NCBI GenBank assembly: GCA_051313645.2
Contig: JBNRSN020000008.1
Coordinates: 247,194,001-247,258,000 of the forward strand
Direction: 5' to 3'
Origin: Centroscyllium fabricii
Taxonomy: Eukaryota
Length of the DNA stretch: 64,000 nucleotides
Each line of letters opens with the position of its first letter. Position 1 is the stretch's first letter. The notes beneath the pieces are model-generated. The model ran no database searches. It saw nothing but the letters and a program-made list of their open reading frames with translations, and was not told where the DNA came from. The translations under genes were made by a program, and so were the position numbers. Of this stretch, positions 62,166 through 64,000 are shown piece after piece.

Positions 62166-64000
62166 TGTGGAGGCATACAGGGCTGAAGGACCACGCTGGA
62201 CACAGGGTTCGGAAGACTGTCTTTATTATAGGTACTGTTACAGCTAGGGCCAGGTGGAAAGAGAGAGAGAGCTTCCTGGCGCTCAGATATTTAAAGGTCC
62301 CGCGGCTGCTGACGTCACAGCCGGTGACGTCCGCGCGTCGCCCGATGGGCGGGGCCGCCTTGCGCCGCCTGGTGACGTCATCACGTCGTGGGTGCCGGCG
62401 GCGTCCGTGCGTCCCCCGACGGGCGGGGCCGTCCCGCAGCTTTCCAGGAGCGGGTTCGTTGCACTGCCGGTGGGCGTGTCGCCACACAGCTCGCCCCCAG
62501 AATCCGTGAGGGAAAGCGTAGTTGGGCCTAGAGGAGATGGAGACATAAAAGAGAGCAAACACACATTTCGATATCACACGGAATGTCCGACAGTTTTCCG
62601 CAATGGCCTGTTGTTGTGGCCGGCATGTGTTGTCTGCTGTTCCGTGGTTCGAGGTATGGTGTTGTGGCGGCCTGCTGGTGTGGCCCGCACGTGTCATCTC
62701 GGGCGAGGCACTGAGGTGGCCTGATGGTGCGGCCGGAACGTGTCGTGCGCTGCTGCTTGTTCTGCGTGGGAGTGTGGGCGGGTTTTGGTGCGGTAGGGCG
62801 TCCGCGCTTTGGTGGTTGTGCGGGGACTGTTGTCTCGCCCGCCATTACATGTGCTGGTTTGAGCCGGTCAATGGATACATTCTCGGTTCTGTTGCCCATT
62901 TGAATGTCAAACGTTTTGCGTCCCGCCCGAAGCACTTTGAATGGTCCATCGTATGGTGGCTGAAACGGTGCTCGGTGTGCGTCATGGCGGACGAACACAT
63001 ACTTGGCGTCTTGGATGCCCTTGGGAACACGTGTTGCCGGCTGTCCGTGCCGGGCCACCGGAAGTGGTTTGAATGCTGCTGCCTGATTGTTAAAATCTCT
63101 GAGGCAGCACTCGGCTGACCAGGGTTCGTTTGTTTCTGCCACAAACTCGCCTGGTACCGTTAGCAGTTGGCCATAAACCAACTCGGCTGCCGAGGCGTTT
63201 AGGTCTTCTTTGGCCGCCGAGCGGAGGCCGAGCATTACCCAGGGCAGGCGGTCATTCCAGGTTGCATCCTGGAGGCTGGCCCGCAGGGAGGTCTTGAAGG
63301 ATCGGTGGAACCGTTCGCAGAGGCCGTTGGCCTGTGGGTGGTAGGCGGTGGTTCGGTGCAGGGTTGCCCCGAGGTCGTGAGCGATGGTTGACCATAGGGT
63401 TGAAGTGAATTGGGGGCCCCTGTCTGAAGTGATGTCGTTGGGGACGCCGAACTGGGCGACCCAGGTGGGGTTGGTGAGGGCCGGGAACTCAGCGAGCAGC
63501 GTGGTGTACGTGTCGGAGTTCCGGGCTCGGCAGTGGGCTGCTGAGTTGGTCTGGTGTGCTGGGCCTGCGGAGCAAGGGATGGTCGACATGAGGTGGATGT
63601 CGACCAGACGGCGCTGGGTAACGTCGACTAGGAGCCCGTGGGCGCACAGAAAGTCGGCCCCGAGTAGGGGTATGTTAACCCGCGCGGTAATGAAGTCCCA
63701 CATGTACCTGTGGCCAGCTAGTTTGATGGTAAGCTGGCGGGTACCGAACGTGAGTATCTCGGAGCCGTTTGCGGCTTCGAGTGGTGGGCCTTTGGTGCCC
63801 TGCTTGGATTCTGCGGGGGAGGCTGGCACGATGCTGTGCTGCGCGCCTGTGTCGCAGAGGAAGCGGAGGCCTGAGACACTGTCTGTGACAAAGAGCAGCG
63901 CTCTGGAGCGGCCGACGCACATGGTGGGGCCTGGGCTGGTTTGGGGTTTGAAGGTGCAGGGCTGGACGCAGCGCTGCGCTTTGGCCTCAAACCTGGTGTG
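62166..64000 (-). mobile_element. CsRn1-like Gypsy LTR retrotransposon, internally deleted, runs off the window
   Basis: 3' LTR 62166-62486 (TGTGG..CCACA), PPT-like tract at ~62487-62502, and the gag knuckle / PR / IN ORF. Confidence 0.88.
62528..64000 (-). CDS. Open Gag(C-term)-protease-partial integrase fusion lacking RT and RNase H
   Basis: HTRFEAKAQRCVQPC in frame with FLCDTGA..LLGADFL, joined at EFPALTNP|TWVAQFGVP to TSDRG..NGLCER..PYDGPFKV. Confidence 0.8.
   Translation of the reverse strand, partial: HTRFEAKAQRCVQPCTFKPQTSPGPTMCVGRSRALLFVTDSVSGLRFLCDTGAQHSIVPASPAESKQGTKGPPLEAANGSEILTFGTRQLTIKLAGHRYMWDFITARVNIPLLGADFLCAHGLLVDVTQRRLVDIHLMSTIPCSAGPAHQTNSAAHCRARNSDTYTTLLAEFPALTNPTWVAQFGVPNDITSDRGPQFTSTLWSTIAHDLGATLHRTTAYHPQANGLCERFHRSFKTSLRASLQDATWNDRLPWVMLGLRSAAKEDLNASAAELVYGQLLTVPGEFVAETNEPWSAECCLRDFNNQAAAFKPLPVARHGQPATRVPKGIQDAKYVFVRHDAHRAPFQPPYDGPFKVLRAGRKTFDIQMGNRTENVSIDRLKPAHVMAGETTVPAQPPKRGRPTAPKPAHTPTQNKQQRTTRSGRTIRPPQCLARDDTCGPHQQAATTPYLEPRNSRQHMPATTTGHCGKLSDIPCDIEMCVCSLLCLHLL

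Overview
Repeat-rich vertebrate DNA, almost certainly from a cartilaginous fish: HE1-type V-SINEs, SacSINE1-like SINEs, abundant CR1 LINEs and Penelope termini. The left 26 kb holds one minus-strand, spliced immunoglobulin-superfamily receptor gene of leukocyte-receptor-complex type (LILR/CHIR/NKp46-like). It has six phase-1 C2-type Ig exons, a transmembrane exon with an intramembrane Arg (the FcR-gamma-pairing activating signature) and a short tyrosine-free tail. Two Ig exons and the candidate leader donors are damaged, so it may be a pseudogene or rely on exon skipping. Upstream (27-62 kb) is an old tandem array carrying four copies of a ~0.6 kb GC-box/ETS/RUNX module, invaded by retroelements. 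These are a Rex1-type LINE with a nested Gypsy that has no tRNA PBS (candidate self-priming hairpin), a very young class-I endogenous retrovirus, and an RT-less CsRn1-like Gypsy at the right edge. The retrovirus has apparently identical 644-bp LTRs, a tRNA-Pro PBS and a CTTT target duplication. It lacks CA/PR/RT but keeps its splice sites, a secreted truncated Env ORF and a 13-copy hairpin array in its leader. All comparisons were made by eye, and LINE fragment boundaries are approximate.
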